This document shows positions 24,260-26,569 of a DNA stretch of 26,569 nucleotides, piece by piece. Below the pieces are notes generated by a model that saw only the letters and a list, made by a program, of their open reading frames with translations, did no database searches and was not told where the DNA came from. The DNA lies in assembly GCA_035514115.1 (NCBI GenBank), contig DATKBI010000089.1, positions 1 through 26,569 of the forward strand, given 5' to 3'. The position numbers were made by a program, and so were the translations under genes. Numbering within the stretch: the first letter of the stretch is position 1; the number at the start of each line of letters is the position of its first letter. This DNA is from Planctomycetaceae bacterium (GTDB lineage: Bacteria > Planctomycetota > Planctomycetia > Planctomycetales > Planctomycetaceae).

Positions 24260-26569
24260 TGGCTCAGGCAGCAAACAGCACCGGCCCGCAGGACCAGGCC
24301 GCGCCGTCCGAGCCGGCGCTCGACAGCGGGACGTATGAGATCATCCGCAACCGCCTGCGGGGGCATGCGGCCGAGCTGCGCGAGCGGCTCGCGCAACTCA
24401 ACGCGGCCCGCAAGGATGTGTTCGGGTCGATCGATACGGCGCTGATCGCGACCGAGCGCGTCACCACGGCGCATAACTGCGTGCCGCGGGACATGCTGGC
24501 CGTCGGGAACCGGTTCCTGTTCGGCTACAACGTCCACTTCGGCCTGAAGACCGAGCGGGACCTGGCGGACGTGTTTTCGGTGTACGAGTTCCGCGAGAAC
24601 TCGTTTCATGAACTGCCGCTGGACCTGATCCGCGACGCGGCGTTCGAGAAGCACTTCCAGGACGTGTACCGGTACTACAAGGACGCCGTGTTCGCGAAGT
24701 TTTTCGCGCGCGGGCCGCACCTGTACATCGTCTTCCGCGTCGGCAAGACGCCGGCCGACATCAAGACGTTCAAATGGCTCGTCGAAGGCGACGGGCTGCG
24801 GTATCTCGACAACCGCAGCGATCACGAGGTGCGGTATCCGCCGCAGCACGAGTTCGAGTGGACGCGCACGCACCGCGACATGCACTACGCGGGGCCGCAC
24901 CCGCACGTCTCGATCGAGGACCGGCTGTTCGTCGAGACCGTGGGCGGCGACCTGACGATCAAGGTCGAGAACAACACCGACTCGGGCGAGGGCATCTACG
25001 CCGAGCCGGTGGACGACCCGGACCAGACGCTGGATGACGCCGAGATCTATTATGCGTCCGTCGGGAACATCATCCTGCTCAAGGTGCGGCCCTACCAGGA
25101 GCAGCGGTTCCGGTACTTCGTCTACAACGAAAAGATCCGGCGGGCGGTGCGGCTGGATGCGATCGAGCACGCCTGCGTGCTGCTGCCGGGAGACCACGGG
25201 CTGATCTTCTCCAACGGCTATTACCTGCAGACCGGCGAGCACAAGACGTTCGAGAGCGGCCTGACGGACATGCAGTTCTCGCGGCGGATCGCCGCGCCGA
25301 ACGGAGAGGACTACCTGTACGTCTTTTATCACCGCGCGTCGGGCGTCTCTACGCTGCTGGGTTACAACGTCATCGCGCAGCGGGTCGAAACGCCGGTCAT
25401 TTGCCACGGCTTCACGCTGTTCAAAGGCGGCGAGCTGATCCTGTTCAAGGCGCAGCCGGAGCCGCAGAGGCACCACGCGATCCAGATCTGGCAGACGCCC
25501 TACGTCGGCGAAGACTACGTCCCGCACGTCACGAGCGACAGCTATCTGTTCAAGGTCGGCAACCGCGACATCGTGCGGGCGATGGCCGAGTGCCACGAAG
25601 TGCTGGCGCTGATCGACAAGGACGACACGTACTCGGGCCTGTACGTGGACCTGGTCAAGGCGGCCGGCGACATCATCGACAGCTACTTCTGGATCGACCG
25701 GCCGGAAGCGTTCCGGATCCAGGAGCCGCTGGCGCAGATCCGGGACGCGGCGGCGGCGGCGATCAATGAGTTCGAGAAGGTCGTCCGCGTCCGCGAGAAC
25801 ACGGCGGCCGAGACGCGGCGCGTGACGGGCGAGGCGCGGAGCCTCCTGGCGGGCGCCGGACGCAAGCGGTACGAGGTGATTGGCGATTTTGTGGCGTCGC
25901 TGGCCGACCTGCGGCGGGTGCGGGGCGAGGTCATCGCGCTTAAGGACCTGCGGTACGTGGACCGCGGGCTGGTGGAGCGGGTCGAGGGCGAGGTCGCGGA
26001 GGCCTCCGAGCGGCTGGCGAAGCGGGCGGTCGAGTTTCTGCTGCGGCCGGATGCGCTCTGGCCGTATATCGAGCAGGTGCGGGCCGAGCAGGCGAAGATC
26101 GGCGGTCTTCAAAAGGTCACCGATGCCCGCCAGCTCGAAGAGGCGATCGCCGCCAGCGCCGCCGAACTGGAGATGCTCGTCGAGATTGTCTCGAACCTGG
26201 CGATCGACGACGCCACGCAGCGGACGGTGATCATCGACAGCATCTCGGCGATCTTCACGGACATCAACCAGGCGCGGGCGGCGCTCCGGCGGAAGACGAA
26301 GGAGCTGGCGTCGGTCGAAGGCGTGGCCGAGTTCGGCTCGCAGTTGAAGCTCTTGAACCAGAGCGTCGTCAACTCTCTGGACGTGTGCGACACGCCGGAG
26401 AAGTGCGAGGAGTTCCTGACGCGGGTGATGATCCAGCTCGAGGAGCTGGAGGGCCGGTTCGCCGAGTTCGACGAGTTCGTCGTGCAGCTCACCGAAAAGC
26501 GGGAGGAGGTCTACAACGCCTTCGACTCGAAGAAGCTGGCGCTGATCGAGGCGCGGAACAAGCGGGCCG
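24260..26569 (+). CDS. large conserved hypothetical protein (more than 770 aa visible, C-terminus outside the window), co-operonic with flotillin
   Basis: The ATG sits 13 nt after the flotillin stop. The frame stays open for 770 codons to the window end with coding-like high-GC third positions. The N-terminal roughly 450 aa are beta-rich (YLYVFYHRASGVSTLLGYNVIAQRVETPVICHGFTLFKGGELILFKAQPEP), followed by a helical, coiled-coil-like region. There is no Walker A motif in the visible part. It is absent from the ORF track only because no stop falls in the window. Confidence 0.7.

Noticed and set aside
24700-24760. Possible Walker A (VGKT) in the large flotillin-linked protein
   Set aside because: The context YIVFRVGKT lacks the Gly/Ala at position -5 of the G-x4-GK[ST] P-loop consensus, so I do not claim an ATPase.
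22147-26112. 1321-aa minus-strand ORF spanning the flotillin and large-protein genes
   Set aside because: The plus strand carries an unmistakable flotillin (SPFH) protein and a coherent downstream ORF. The minus-strand translation is an Arg/Leu/Asp/Val-rich repetitive product typical of antisense frames in 70% GC DNA.

Overview
The window is very GC-rich (about 68-70% GC) and reads like a Planctomycetota/PVC-type chromosome, with typical GGAG-type ribosome-binding sites and long spurious antisense ORFs. Reading 5' to 3': a gamma-class N6-adenine DNA methyltransferase on the minus strand that is cut off at the window edge; ndk; a MITE-like inverted-repeat insertion; a stand-alone nqrA with no nqrB-F after it; a SpoIID/LytB protein; a TPR protein carrying two RNA polymerase alpha-CTD-like domains; an AI-2E transporter; a compact minus-strand cluster of small general-stress membrane proteins (DUF883/YqjD-ElaB, a DUF1469 YqjE-like holin-family protein, DUF3618, a CsbD-DUF883 fusion) with a divergent DUF3309 gene; a small zinc-ribbon protein and a PAS hybrid histidine kinase with two receiver domains and an Hpt domain; a DUF1080 lipoprotein; tRNA-Lys(TTT); proC; an HD-PAS-GGDEF protein; tRNA-Pro(CGG) with its own promoter and terminator; a lower-GC islet holding an orphan SUKH/SMI1-KNR4 immunity-type protein and an IS5-like transposase remnant; a secreted S9 prolyl oligopeptidase; and a tightly packed operon of a YqiJ/NfeD-like gene, a flotillin (YqiK-like) gene and a large uncharacterised protein of more than 770 aa that runs off the window end. 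That operon is preceded by an unusual array of TTCGTCATTC/GAATGACGAA repeats. The candidates most worth follow-up are the flotillin-linked large unknown protein, the tRNA-Pro islet with the immunity-like gene, the MITE-like element between ndk and nqrA, and the stress-protein cluster.
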